Shown: piece after piece, positions 40,183 to 50,148 of the stretch
How positions within the stretch are numbered: position 1 is the stretch's first letter
How the letters are laid out: each line of letters starts with the position of its first letter
NCBI GenBank assembly: GCA_963675755.2
Contig: CAXXMD010000003.1
Location: 800,001-864,000, forward strand
Source: a bacterium
Lineage (GTDB): Bacteria > Zhuqueibacterota > Zhuqueibacteria > Residuimicrobiales > Krinioviventaceae
Reading direction: 5' to 3'
DNA: 64,000 nucleotides
Position numbers and translations under genes: made by a program
Notes under the pieces: model-generated
Database searches by the model: none
The model's input: only the letters and a program-made list of their open reading frames with translations
Told to the model about the DNA's origin: nothing

Positions 40183-40905
40183 ATGAGCAAGAAAAATGTC
40201 ATTCGGGAATATGTTGAAGCTTTTGTGTTTGCCATTGTAGCGGCTCTTGTTCTACGGGCTTTTGTCATTCAGGCATTTCGAATTCCAACCGGGTCTATGA
40301 AAGATACACTCCTTATTGGCGATTTTCTCCTTGTTAACAAATTTGTTTATGGTGCGCAAACGCCAGAACGCATCATGCTAACTGACATCAAGCTCCCTTC
40401 TTTTCGATTTCCCGCCCTGAAAAAGCCTAAACGGGGCGATATTATTGTATTCAAATACCCCAAGGATGAATCCCTCGACTACATCAAACGGTGCGTAGCT
40501 ATTGAAGGAGATACCGTTCAGGTTATGGATGGCATTGTTTTTCTCAATCACAAGCCTTATGAGAAACAGGAATTCACACATAAAGAATTTGATGCCGAAG
40601 AAGGAATTTACATCAATTATTTTAAAATTAAAACTGTGCTGGGCAAAGAATATACCATCCGTAAATACGCCGGCATAACTCCCAGCAGCAGGTACTATGG
40701 CCCCATAGTTGTCCCCGAAGGTCAATACTTTATGATGGGAGACAATCGGGACAATAGCGCAGACAGCCGTATCTGGGGATTTATGCCCAAGGAAAACATT
40801 GTGGGCGAAGCTCTGGTTATCTACTGGTCATGGAATATGCACGAACCGCTTTGGAAGATCACATCAAAAATCCGTTGGAATCGCATTTTTGACGTCATCC
40901 GGTAG
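40183..40905 (+). CDS. lepB: Signal peptidase I, paralog 2
   Basis: Same catalytic motifs; 240 aa like copy 1; GAGGTG RBS. Confidence 0.96.
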   Translation: MSKKNVIREYVEAFVFAIVAALVLRAFVIQAFRIPTGSMKDTLLIGDFLLVNKFVYGAQTPERIMLTDIKLPSFRFPALKKPKRGDIIVFKYPKDESLDYIKRCVAIEGDTVQVMDGIVFLNHKPYEKQEFTHKEFDAEEGIYINYFKIKTVLGKEYTIRKYAGITPSSRYYGPIVVPEGQYFMMGDNRDNSADSRIWGFMPKENIVGEALVIYWSWNMHEPLWKITSKIRWNRIFDVIR

Positions 40906-40909
40906 CCTG

Positions 40910-42088
40910 ATGAACAGTGTTTCTCTATATTTTCACATCCCCTTTTGTAAACACAAATGTATCTATTGTGATTTTTACTCTATTACAAGTCTGGACAATA
41001 CAGCCACATTCATAAAATCTTTAAACATTGAACTGGAACAGATTCTAGACAAAATCAAAGATCGTTCTGTCTCTACCATCTATTTTGGAGGCGGCACGCC
41101 TTCGCTGATTGATCCGTCAATCTATAAATCCATACTTGAACGCATCAATAGCCAGACCAATATGACTCTGGATTGCGAAATCTCTTTCGAGGCCAATCCC
41201 GGGACACTGTTGGATGCAAATCTGGCAGATTTTTTAAATGCCGGATTTAACAGAATAACCATAGGCACACAATCCTTTCAGGATGATGAATTGAAAATCC
41301 TGAGTCGCATACACAACAGTGAACAGGCCGTCTCTGCAATCCAAAAAGCGAGAAACGCGGGATTCAACAACATTGGCATTGACCTGATTTTTGGTATTCC
41401 CGGCCAGAGTCTGGCTAATTGGGAAAACAATATATTCAAGGCAGTGGAGCTCGCACCTGATCATATTTCCATGTATGGCCTGACCATTGAACAGGGCACA
41501 CCGCTGGACAAAGCAATACGAAACCGCACACTGTACAAATGCGATGAAGAACTTGAACGGGATATGTACATTCTGGGAACCGATATTCTGGAAAAACATG
41601 GATACCGTTTGTACGAGATTTCCAACCTGGCAAAACCGGGCTTGGAATCGCAGCATAATCAAAAATACTGGGACGGGTCCACGTATTACGGATTAGGACC
41701 ATCCGCGCATTCCTTTGACGGGAATTCTCGCTGGTGGAACATTGCCAATGTACATAAATACAACGCCAATCTTCAAAACAATGTGTCCGTCATTGAGAGC
41801 ACTGAAACCCTTAACCACGAACAACGTCTTGAAGAAATGATACTGCTGGGTTTGCGTAGAACGACTGGCATATCCCTGGAAGATTGGCAAAATCTTGCCG
41901 GTTATGAATTGCATACCAAAGCTGCGGATGTGATTACCCGCCTTGGAGGGATAGACAGCGAGACAAAACCCTTTGCACAATCGCCCTCTGGTAAATTATT
42001 GACTCTAAATAAAAAATCCCTGGCATTGACCCGCCAGGGACTGTTGTTATACGATTCTGTTTGTGAACAATTGTTTGATATTATTTAA
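40910..42088 (+). CDS. hemW: Radical SAM heme chaperone HemW
   Basis: LYFHIPFCKHKCIYCDF; YFGGGTPS; EANP; YEISN; HNQKYW; lepA/lepB synteny. Confidence 0.9.
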   Translation: MNSVSLYFHIPFCKHKCIYCDFYSITSLDNTATFIKSLNIELEQILDKIKDRSVSTIYFGGGTPSLIDPSIYKSILERINSQTNMTLDCEISFEANPGTLLDANLADFLNAGFNRITIGTQSFQDDELKILSRIHNSEQAVSAIQKARNAGFNNIGIDLIFGIPGQSLANWENNIFKAVELAPDHISMYGLTIEQGTPLDKAIRNRTLYKCDEELERDMYILGTDILEKHGYRLYEISNLAKPGLESQHNQKYWDGSTYYGLGPSAHSFDGNSRWWNIANVHKYNANLQNNVSVIESTETLNHEQRLEEMILLGLRRTTGISLEDWQNLAGYELHTKAADVITRLGGIDSETKPFAQSPSGKLLTLNKKSLALTRQGLLLYDSVCEQLFDII

Positions 42089-42914
42089 AAATTTTCACAT
42101 TCTGCGATGCATCAATAGGCAATGTAAATGCTCCCAGGGGACTGTTCAATTGCGCGCTTCCCACTATTCCACAATCTACAGACTTGCCTGTTAGCAATGA
42201 ATATAATGATGAAAGTCCTGACAGGTTAAGTGACAAGGGGATACTGACTTCACCACTCTGTTTTGCTGGAATTTCTGCAAGCTTGTCTGTCATTCCGGTT
42301 GCTACTGAATTGCCGCCCAGGCTGATGTTATAATCCAGTTTGCCCAGATTAAACGCAAAAGAGTTGATATTTTCAATCCCCAGATTCACAGCAAGATCTA
42401 CCCCTGAAAAACCCATTTTATCAATTTTCACACCTTTGAGACTGATCTTGGGCACACGTACATTGGGCAGAGTTCCTTTTTTGTTAAAAGGAATATTTAC
42501 ACCCGCAAGCAAACCACCGGGTTTAAAATTACCGGTCAGGTGATAAGAGAGTGAATCTAAATCTTTGACCTTGGTCATGAGTGAATACAATTCCTTGAAA
42601 TTGATCTTGATGGGTATATTGACAGTGCTTTTGGATTGCGGGGTAATGCTCAGGGTTTTGTCCTCGGTACCTTTTAAAAACTCGTTATCTTCAATAACAA
42701 ACTGATAATCAAATCCCAACAATTCCACTCCAAAGACATTGGGGTTGTTCACATCCAGTCCAAAATCGAGCGTCACATCCTGGAATGAGAAATCATTCAT
42801 AGCAACATTGCTCACCCGAACAGTAGGTGCCTGGACCATTTCCTGCAATGCGGCACAGCCTGCCAGCAATCCCGCGGCTATAACAACCGTCAGGATCCAG
42901 ATTCTTTTTTTCAT
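42081..42914 (-). CDS. LEA_2/WHy double-domain lipoprotein
   Basis: CAGGAGG RBS; lipobox LAG-C; VNNPN and IENIN WHy-like motifs in two repeats. Confidence 0.82.
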   Translation of the reverse strand: MKKRIWILTVVIAAGLLAGCAALQEMVQAPTVRVSNVAMNDFSFQDVTLDFGLDVNNPNVFGVELLGFDYQFVIEDNEFLKGTEDKTLSITPQSKSTVNIPIKINFKELYSLMTKVKDLDSLSYHLTGNFKPGGLLAGVNIPFNKKGTLPNVRVPKISLKGVKIDKMGFSGVDLAVNLGIENINSFAFNLGKLDYNISLGGNSVATGMTDKLAEIPAKQSGEVSIPLSLNLSGLSSLYSLLTGKSVDCGIVGSAQLNSPLGAFTLPIDASQNVKIFK

Positions 42915-43089
42915 GTAGCCTCCTGAAAATTCGCTTTGCGAAAAAGTATTTTTTTTTGTATTGTAAGTACTGAACACCTTGTAAATACGGAACATTCCAA
43001 CATTTACGTACTAATAGTAGTGAAATATTATCAGAAATGAAACTGTTAAGACAAAAAATCAGATAGAATAAAACTCGGGAGAAGAATAC

Positions 43090-43569
43090 ATGCCATCCAA
43101 AACCACTGCAAAAGAACCTGAAAGCGTTAAAGCTGACCTTGGAAAACGCTTTATTGCAGCAATAATTGACTCGCTTATTGCGTATGCAGCCTGTCTCATT
43201 CCGTTAATTGGCGGATTTCTGGGTGCTGCTTATATGCTGCTAAGAGACGGATTAGATTTTGAATTTATGGATAAACGTTCAATTGGCAAGAAATTGATGA
43301 ATCTCCGTGTTGTTACAACAGATGACACCGAGATGGATTTAAACAAATCCATCAGACGTAACTGGATCTTTGCCGCGGCAATCCTGCTCAGTTCTGTTGT
43401 TACACTACTTTTGATTGTATCCATTGTGGGCATAGCACTTATTCCGCTTGTTATGCTTTTGGTTATTGGAGCGTTTGTTGTAGAAATCGTTTTTATTGTT
43501 ACCCGCCCGGATGGCTCTCGCTGGGGTGACCAGCTTGCCAATACCAAAGTCATTGAAGTAGAAGATTAA
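43090..43569 (+). CDS. RDD family membrane protein
   Basis: KRFIAAIIDS; SIGKKLMNLRVV; RRN; RWGDQLANTKV. Confidence 0.88.
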   Translation: MPSKTTAKEPESVKADLGKRFIAAIIDSLIAYAACLIPLIGGFLGAAYMLLRDGLDFEFMDKRSIGKKLMNLRVVTTDDTEMDLNKSIRRNWIFAAAILLSSVVTLLLIVSIVGIALIPLVMLLVIGAFVVEIVFIVTRPDGSRWGDQLANTKVIEVED

Positions 43570-43651
43570 GGGCCCTTTGGGGGCCTTGCCCCCAACAGGA
43601 TATTGATTACTCATCGGTACTATTCCGCAATCAGAATTTACGGAGCAGAGA

Positions 43652-44491
43652 ATGGAAATTATTGTAAATGGCGAAACCATAGCCAAAGAGATATGCAACC
43701 AGGAAGTACAAAATGTTTGGCGCAGCAATCGTGAACTGCCAGACGATCAAATCAAAGAGATCGCCTCTCAAAATATAATTGACTGGACCATCATCCGGCA
43801 GCAGGCTACAAAAACCATAAAACATGTTCCTCCCGCTGAAATAGACAAGGCGTTTCAGGAGCTCAAAGCCAGTCACGGCGGCGATGAACAATTTTACTCG
43901 AGTTTTAATATTACCCCCAAGGATGACAACAAGGTCAAAACAGATCTCGAGACCAATATCAAAGTAACCCAGTTTTTAACGGACCTGACCAAGGATGTAC
44001 AGGAACCGGATGACAACGCCATTAAAGTCTATTATAAAGAACACACAGAAGAGTTTACAAACCCTGAACAGATCCATGCCGCTCATATCGTTCGGCCTGT
44101 TGATCCCAGAAATGCACAGGAATTGTACAAGGAAATGCTTGAAATCCGTACCAAACTGTTGAACGGCGCTGAATTCTCTGACATTGCAGATCAGCATTCT
44201 TCCTGCGATGATAATGGCGGCGATCTGGGAACCTTTGCTCCCGGTCAGATGGTAGAAGAGTTTGATACCGTTGTCTTTTCCATGAATGCAGGTGAGGTCT
44301 CTCCTGTCTTTTTGACCCAGTTTGGATACCACATAGCCAAGGTTTATGAAAAATTTCCGGCCAGTCAAAAGCCCTTGACAGACTGCCGTGAAGATATACT
44401 TGACAGGCTCGCTACCGATCTCAAAGACGATCATATTGCAGCCTGGGTAGATACAGTCAAAAAAACTGCCGATATTCAAATTAAGGATTAA
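43652..44491 (+). CDS. Parvulin-type peptidyl-prolyl isomerase
   Basis: IHAAHIV; FSDIADQHS; GGDLG.F..GQMVEEFD; TQFGYHI. Confidence 0.9.
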   Translation: MEIIVNGETIAKEICNQEVQNVWRSNRELPDDQIKEIASQNIIDWTIIRQQATKTIKHVPPAEIDKAFQELKASHGGDEQFYSSFNITPKDDNKVKTDLETNIKVTQFLTDLTKDVQEPDDNAIKVYYKEHTEEFTNPEQIHAAHIVRPVDPRNAQELYKEMLEIRTKLLNGAEFSDIADQHSSCDDNGGDLGTFAPGQMVEEFDTVVFSMNAGEVSPVFLTQFGYHIAKVYEKFPASQKPLTDCREDILDRLATDLKDDHIAAWVDTVKKTADIQIKD

Positions 44492-44500
44492 GAGGCAAAG

Positions 44501-45763
44501 ATGGACCCAACCCGTACTCTGATACGCTTTGCAGCCGCACTTGCCATTGGCATTTTAATAGGATTACAGCGGGAATATGCTTTCAGTGACAAACGTGGAG
44601 AATTGGCTGCGGGCGTTCGCACCTTTGCACTTTTTGCCCTGATTGGTGCGACCTCGGCAATGATGACCGATATATTGGACTCTCCTTTGCCATTGGCGAT
44701 CATTCTGGTTATTGTTGGTTTATTATTGGCTGTAAATCACTTTATTCAGGCGTGGCGGGGTGTATCAGGACTCACAACGGAGGCCGCAGCACTGGTTACC
44801 CTCATTGCCGGTGCCCTGTCTTTTTGGGGATATATTGCCATAGCAGTAGCCATTGGTGTAGCAACAACCATTCTGCTGTCCTTTAAACTAGAGCTGCATA
44901 CTTTTGCAAGACACCTGACCCAGGCAGATATCTTTTCTACGCTCAAATTTGCGTTCATTTCTCTGATCATTTTGCCGGTACTGCCCAACTCGTCTTATGG
45001 ACCGGAACCCTTTAATGTGTTTAATCCATACAAAATCTGGCTTTTGGTGGTTTTTATCTCGGGTATCAGCTTTGTGGGTTATATTCTCATCAAAATGATT
45101 GGTCCTCGCAAGGGTATAAGCCTGACCGGACTACTGGGTGGACTTGCGTCCAGCACAGCGGTTACGCTTAGTTTTACACAAAAAAGCAAAGAGAATCTTG
45201 TTCTGGCAAAACCCTTTGCCCTGGCAATTCTGATTGCCTGGACTGTCATGTTTGCCAGATTACTGATAGAAGTTGCCGCGGTAAACAGCGCACTGGTAAC
45301 CCTGCTTTGGATCCCCATTACTGCGTCAATAGCGGCAGGACTATTATATTGTCTGTACCTGTATCGCTCGCAGCATTATGAATCCGAGCAGGAACAGCCC
45401 AGTTTTTCGAATCCCTTTGAACTGGGACCCGCTATTAAATTCGGATTGATCTTTGTTATCATTCTTTTTGTTGCCAAAGCCGCACAGATTTATTTCGGAG
45501 ACACGGGTATTTATCTGGCAAGTCTGGTTTCAGGTATTGCCGATGTTGATGCCATTGCCCTTTCCGTTGCACGGCTGAGCCTGAGTGATGGCGGTCTGGC
45601 GCACGATACCGCTGTACGCGCCATTGTTTTCGCTTCCGTGTCCAATACGTTTACCAAAGGTGTAATTGTACTGGCCGGTGGTAGTAAAGAACTGCGCAAA
45701 GCCATACTACCGGGATTCATCCTGATGATGGTTACCGTATTAACTGTTTCATTTTTAATCTAG
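44501..45763 (+). CDS. MgtC/SapB family plus DUF4010 membrane protein
   Basis: IGILIGLQRE; AGVRTF; GLTTE; LGGLASSTAVT; SGIADVDA. Confidence 0.9.
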   Translation: MDPTRTLIRFAAALAIGILIGLQREYAFSDKRGELAAGVRTFALFALIGATSAMMTDILDSPLPLAIILVIVGLLLAVNHFIQAWRGVSGLTTEAAALVTLIAGALSFWGYIAIAVAIGVATTILLSFKLELHTFARHLTQADIFSTLKFAFISLIILPVLPNSSYGPEPFNVFNPYKIWLLVVFISGISFVGYILIKMIGPRKGISLTGLLGGLASSTAVTLSFTQKSKENLVLAKPFALAILIAWTVMFARLLIEVAAVNSALVTLLWIPITASIAAGLLYCLYLYRSQHYESEQEQPSFSNPFELGPAIKFGLIFVIILFVAKAAQIYFGDTGIYLASLVSGIADVDAIALSVARLSLSDGGLAHDTAVRAIVFASVSNTFTKGVIVLAGGSKELRKAILPGFILMMVTVLTVSFLI

Positions 45764-45771
45764 GTTGTTAT

Positions 45772-46725
45772 ATGCAGGATAAAATTGTATTGGGGATCAG
45801 CACCTGTCTGCTAGGAGAAAAAGTAAGATATGATGGCGGCCACAAACTGGACCGCTATCTGTACGATACACTGGGGCCTTTTGTGAACTGGGTACCGGTA
45901 TGTCCGGAAGCGGATTGCGGTCTGCCCATTCCACGAGAAGCCATGCATCTTGAAGATTCTCCCCAGGGACCGCGACTGATGACCATCAAATCCGGTATTG
46001 ACCATACAGAAAAAATGATGACATGGGCCGAAAAACGCCTGAACGAACTGGAAAAAGAAGACCTTTGCGGCTATATTTTTAAAACCAAATCCCCCAGCTC
46101 GGGCATGAGAGATATAAAACTCTATCATGCAAACGGACATATCAAACACGCCAAAAGCGTTGGACTTTGGGCAAAAGCATTCATGGAGCGTTTTCCTGGT
46201 ATACCGGTAGAAGATGAAGGCCGTTTGAACGATCCCGGTTTGCGAGAAAACTTTATAGAGCGTATTTTTGTGGTGCACCGCTGGAAAGAATTCCTGCGCA
46301 ATGATGGATCTGCCAAGGGATTGGTTGAGTTTCACACCAATCACAAACTACTGATCATGGCACACCATACGGAAAAGCTCTATGAACTGGGACGCATTGT
46401 CTCGAATCCTAAAGCCATGCCGCGTGAAGAGATGCTGGTGCAATATTACGATTTGCTGATGGAAACCCTAAAGCTCAAATCCACGATCAAGAAAAACACC
46501 AATGTGCTGGACCACATTATGGGGTATTTCAAAAAAGAACTTTCAGCGGATGAAAAACAGGAATTAAAACAAATCATCGCCAATTATCACAACGGACTCG
46601 TTCCTCTCATTGTTCCCGTAACCCTGCTGAACCACTTTGTTCGTAAATTTGACGATTCTTATCTCAAACGCCAGCACTATCTCAATCCCCACCCCACCGA
46701 GCTGATGCTAAGGAACCATGTATAA
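45772..46725 (+). CDS. DUF523-DUF1722 (YbgA/RudS-like) protein
   Basis: GISTCLLGEKVRYDGGHK; VCPE; KSPSSG; VEDEGRL; NVLDHIMGYFKK; YLNPHP.EL.LRNHV. Confidence 0.9.
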   Translation: MQDKIVLGISTCLLGEKVRYDGGHKLDRYLYDTLGPFVNWVPVCPEADCGLPIPREAMHLEDSPQGPRLMTIKSGIDHTEKMMTWAEKRLNELEKEDLCGYIFKTKSPSSGMRDIKLYHANGHIKHAKSVGLWAKAFMERFPGIPVEDEGRLNDPGLRENFIERIFVVHRWKEFLRNDGSAKGLVEFHTNHKLLIMAHHTEKLYELGRIVSNPKAMPREEMLVQYYDLLMETLKLKSTIKKNTNVLDHIMGYFKKELSADEKQELKQIIANYHNGLVPLIVPVTLLNHFVRKFDDSYLKRQHYLNPHPTELMLRNHV

Positions 46726-46761
46726 GATATAAATCTCTCAAGAAGGTAATAATTTTTCAAA

Positions 46762-46796
46762 TATTTGCCAGGCACCTTGTTGGTGCCAGGCAAATA
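46762..46796. repeat. REP-like palindrome or terminator between convergent genes
   Basis: TATTTGCCAGGCACC-TTGTT-GGTGCCAGGCAAATA: 15-bp arms, one mismatch. Confidence 0.65.
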
Positions 46797-46827
46797 CATT
46801 TCACTTAAAACTCTAATTAACAAAATT

Positions 46828-48285
46828 CTACATCCCCGTCAACATCTCTTTGGCGGGTTTACGTACATAGGCATAGACATACGCCTGTTCATTAAAATTC
46901 GCGGCCTTTTCACAATATGCTTTTGCCTTTTCCTTGTCGCCCAGGTTTAAATATACTTTGGCCAGGTAATACAACACTCTGGGATTCCTCATATTCGCTT
47001 GTTCAAGCTCGGTTGCCGCATCCTGCCAGTTTTCCTGCTGCATGGCCAGCATCCCCTTTAACAAGTGAGAGGCACGCAATTGCCCCGTGTTGTTTTTGCG
47101 CTTGGCGATTTGTGTGTATTTTAAAATCTTTTCCGCAGCTTGCTCGTACCGTGCTTCTTTGATATCAACACGAATCTGATTAAACAGCAGCCCCTGTTTT
47201 GCCGCTTCTTTTTGGTCCTGATTCACCATTTCAGAGCTTTCAAATAACGCTTGTGACATATCATATTTGGCCAGAGCTCCCTGATAGTCTTTTTGAGCAA
47301 ACAAGACATCACCCATTACATTTACATCGTTAGACATGTCTACATAATTATTATTGGTTTTAGCTTCTTCATACATTGTATTTAAAAGCTCCATCGCCTT
47401 TTCATAATCCTGGTTGTCAATGCGGCAACGCAGCATTCCAAACTGTGCGTTACGTTTGTTGCCATAATCCGGCACCTTGTCATAATAAGTTTGAAATACA
47501 TCCAGTGAATGCAAGTGCTGGTCCATCAACATATAATTGGTCCCAATTCCCAGATAAGAGACATAAAACTCGGGATCCAGATCCAACGCTTTTTTGTAAG
47601 CAGTTATAGATTCATCAAACTTGCCTTGTTTCATCAAGATTTCAGCATAGGAATCCCAGGGATTGGCCTGGTCCGGTATCAATTCCGTATATTTTTTGAT
47701 TGTTTTCTCGGCCTTGTCATATTGATTGCTATATAAATAGATATATGCCAACTGATTATACGCTGGCGCAAATGCAGGTTCTACCTGAATGGATTTTTCC
47801 AAAGAGCCTATAGCATTATTCCAATCCTGTTGTCCTGAATAGAAAATACCCAAATTCATATAAATTCGTTTATCATTGGGGTACATTTCTACCAACTGCA
47901 TCAATTTTTCTATCTGGGTTTGACGATCTCCGGTAAAACCGGCATCAGTGGCTTCAAGAAAGATCTTTTCTCCGTCAGAGACTTTATCTTTTAAAGAAAT
48001 TGCCTTGCTGTAATGATTAAATGCTTTATCGGCATCTCCGCCTCCAAACTCGGCAAAGGCCAATTGTAAATGCGCCATGGCAAATTCTGGATCCAAAGCA
48101 AGTGCCTTTTCATACAGTTCTTTTGCATTTTGCCTTTTCAAATTATCGGCAAATGCCTGTGCCTGATGATAAAGCGCCAATGCATCTTTTGAAGAGGTGG
48201 TAACAGGTAATTCTTTATTGCCCATTGAGCAGGAAATGAACAATACCGCAATAAACAGAATAAAGACTTTCTTTTGAATCTTCAT
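46828..48285 (-). CDS. TPR-repeat lipoprotein (485 aa), paralog A
   Basis: GGAGG RBS; FIS-C lipobox-like; PVTTSSKDAL; repeated TPRs (ALDPEFAMAH, ANPWDSYAE). Confidence 0.85.
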   Translation of the reverse strand: MKIQKKVFILFIAVLFISCSMGNKELPVTTSSKDALALYHQAQAFADNLKRQNAKELYEKALALDPEFAMAHLQLAFAEFGGGDADKAFNHYSKAISLKDKVSDGEKIFLEATDAGFTGDRQTQIEKLMQLVEMYPNDKRIYMNLGIFYSGQQDWNNAIGSLEKSIQVEPAFAPAYNQLAYIYLYSNQYDKAEKTIKKYTELIPDQANPWDSYAEILMKQGKFDESITAYKKALDLDPEFYVSYLGIGTNYMLMDQHLHSLDVFQTYYDKVPDYGNKRNAQFGMLRCRIDNQDYEKAMELLNTMYEEAKTNNNYVDMSNDVNVMGDVLFAQKDYQGALAKYDMSQALFESSEMVNQDQKEAAKQGLLFNQIRVDIKEARYEQAAEKILKYTQIAKRKNNTGQLRASHLLKGMLAMQQENWQDAATELEQANMRNPRVLYYLAKVYLNLGDKEKAKAYCEKAANFNEQAYVYAYVRKPAKEMLTGM

Positions 48286-48580
48286 GAAAACCTCCGAAAA
48301 ATTTATTATATGTCAAGAGAGTTATTTACCGAAAGCAAAAGTGTGAGAGGTAGAAAAGAATGATTGAATGGAATTCACTAGCGATGCTTTAAAAACAAAA
48401 CCCAATACCACAAAATTTCCATCAAGCATTAAATTCAATCATATTTTTTTTTAGTATTGTAATGTGCATTTGTTTATTTAAAATCCTATTATGCGCTATT
48501 ACCGGTACCTGGATTGTACACTCAATGATAAATCGGATTACAATAACAAAATGATGTTCCGGGCTGGGTGTCAGAGCTGA

Positions 48581-48620
48581 AAAATAACGTGACGGAGAAC
48601 GCCCTGCTTATCTCCGTCAC
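48581..48620 (-). terminator. Second terminator-like hairpin downstream of the efflux operon
   Basis: Perfect 10-bp stem GTGACGGAGA/TCTCCGTCAC followed on the - strand by GTTATTTTT. Confidence 0.55.
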
Positions 48621-48680
48621 AATCTAAAAGATACTTTTGTCCCCAACTAATGGCGGACCTGTTAAAAGAATGTTTTGAAC

Positions 48681-48710
48681 AAAAAAAGCCAGACACTAAA
48701 AGTGCCTGGC
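48681..48710 (-). terminator. Intrinsic terminator of the RND/TolC operon
   Basis: - strand GCCAGGCAC-TTTTA-GTGTCTGGC-TTTTTTT. Confidence 0.8.
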
Positions 48711-48796
48711 GAATTATCAATATTCAAAACGAATCAAGAATCAGATCTAATCAAGGTAATCCTACAATCTTTTAATCAAGGTCTTTAATCAGGATC

Positions 48797-50143
48797 TCAG
48801 CGACCCGTAACCTGCAGATACCGGGTTTTGTTAACCAGATACTGCGATTTGGCATCAATCAACTGATCTTCTGTCTGCTGCAACAATGCCTGGGCCTCCA
48901 AAAGGTCCGAAACCGTAATCAATCCGTTATCATAACTATCCTGATTGACCTTTAAATTCTCATCTGCCTGGGCTTTGGCTTCCAAACTCAACTGATACTG
49001 CTTGTAAGCATCTGTAAAGTCCTGCCAGGCTTTTTGAATTTGCAACAGCAACAACTCGGATGTATTGGCCAGATTGTTTTTGGCAATATTTTCTTTAACC
49101 TTGTGTTCCTGCAATTCATGCGTGCCGCCCCACCATCCCGAGATGGGAACAGCAACCGTACCATAAACCATGCTGTTGGTCTGTTTATCAAATTCATCTA
49201 CTTTGACATACAAACCGTTTATGCCCACACCTGCCTGTGGAAGATGCTTACCAACAGACATTCGTGTTTGCAGCTTTTCAGCTTTAACAGATAACTGCAG
49301 CAATTGATACTCGTCCCGATTAACCAGGGCGCTGTTCTTGTCCACATAAAATGTTTCCGGCGTATCCTTGACTACCAGTTCATCTCTCAATACCAGGGTG
49401 GTATCTAAAGAAATGCCCAGGTTCTGACAAAAAGCCATGTTAGCAAGCTTCTTTCCGTTCAACAACTTTGACTGCTGCAAAAGCACCTTGTTGAGTTCCA
49501 GTTTAACTTTGAGAACATCATTCTTCATTACAATACCTGCCTCATAGGCATCATTAACCTGGTCTTGCAAACTGTTCAACATTTCCAAATATTTATCAAT
49601 GGTTTTGGTCTTTTCATCGAGCGATACAATTTGCCAGTATTGCTCCTCGGTTTTCAGTACAATTTCATCTTTTTTCAGATCATGCTTGTATTTAGTAGCA
49701 TCTACACCTACCGATGCAAGCTTGTTTCCGTTATAGATCCGTCCACCTGCAAATACAGGCTGTAAAGCATTCACAAAACCCACCGTTCCTTTTTTCAACA
49801 GTGCCAGATCCATTCCCGGAAAGTAGGCAAACTGTGAAGGGTTCATCAGGGTTGCAGGATTCCCATCCCACACCGGCAGGTTCACTGCATCAATACTGGT
49901 CTCGATCACATTTTTATCCATTTCGAACATCATACCGCCGGCATCAATCTGGGGGAAATAATGTGTAAATGCAGCTTTTTTGACCTGCTTTGCGGCTTTG
50001 ATCTCAAGCGCGCTATTTTGTATTTCAGTATTGTTTTGCAATGCAAGTTCAATGCTTTGATCAAGAGTTAATATACCTTGAGAAAAAACCTGAAATGCAC
50101 AAAAGAGCAAAATCAATGCTATATATAATTTCATATTCTTCAT
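48797..50143 (-). CDS. TolC family outer-membrane efflux protein
   Basis: LTLDQSIELALQNN; QPVFAGG; YDNGLITVSDLLEAQ; last gene of an RND operon. Confidence 0.92.
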   Translation of the reverse strand: MKNMKLYIALILLFCAFQVFSQGILTLDQSIELALQNNTEIQNSALEIKAAKQVKKAAFTHYFPQIDAGGMMFEMDKNVIETSIDAVNLPVWDGNPATLMNPSQFAYFPGMDLALLKKGTVGFVNALQPVFAGGRIYNGNKLASVGVDATKYKHDLKKDEIVLKTEEQYWQIVSLDEKTKTIDKYLEMLNSLQDQVNDAYEAGIVMKNDVLKVKLELNKVLLQQSKLLNGKKLANMAFCQNLGISLDTTLVLRDELVVKDTPETFYVDKNSALVNRDEYQLLQLSVKAEKLQTRMSVGKHLPQAGVGINGLYVKVDEFDKQTNSMVYGTVAVPISGWWGGTHELQEHKVKENIAKNNLANTSELLLLQIQKAWQDFTDAYKQYQLSLEAKAQADENLKVNQDSYDNGLITVSDLLEAQALLQQTEDQLIDAKSQYLVNKTRYLQVTGR

Positions 50144-50148
50144 ACCGA

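Noticed and set aside
40799-40909. N-terminal extension of HemW given by the ORF track
   Set aside because: It overlaps lepB copy 2 by over 100 nt; homology-like sequence starts at ATG 40910.
43568-43590. GC-rich hairpin after the RDD gene as a terminator
   Set aside because: The stem is short and mismatched with no U tract.
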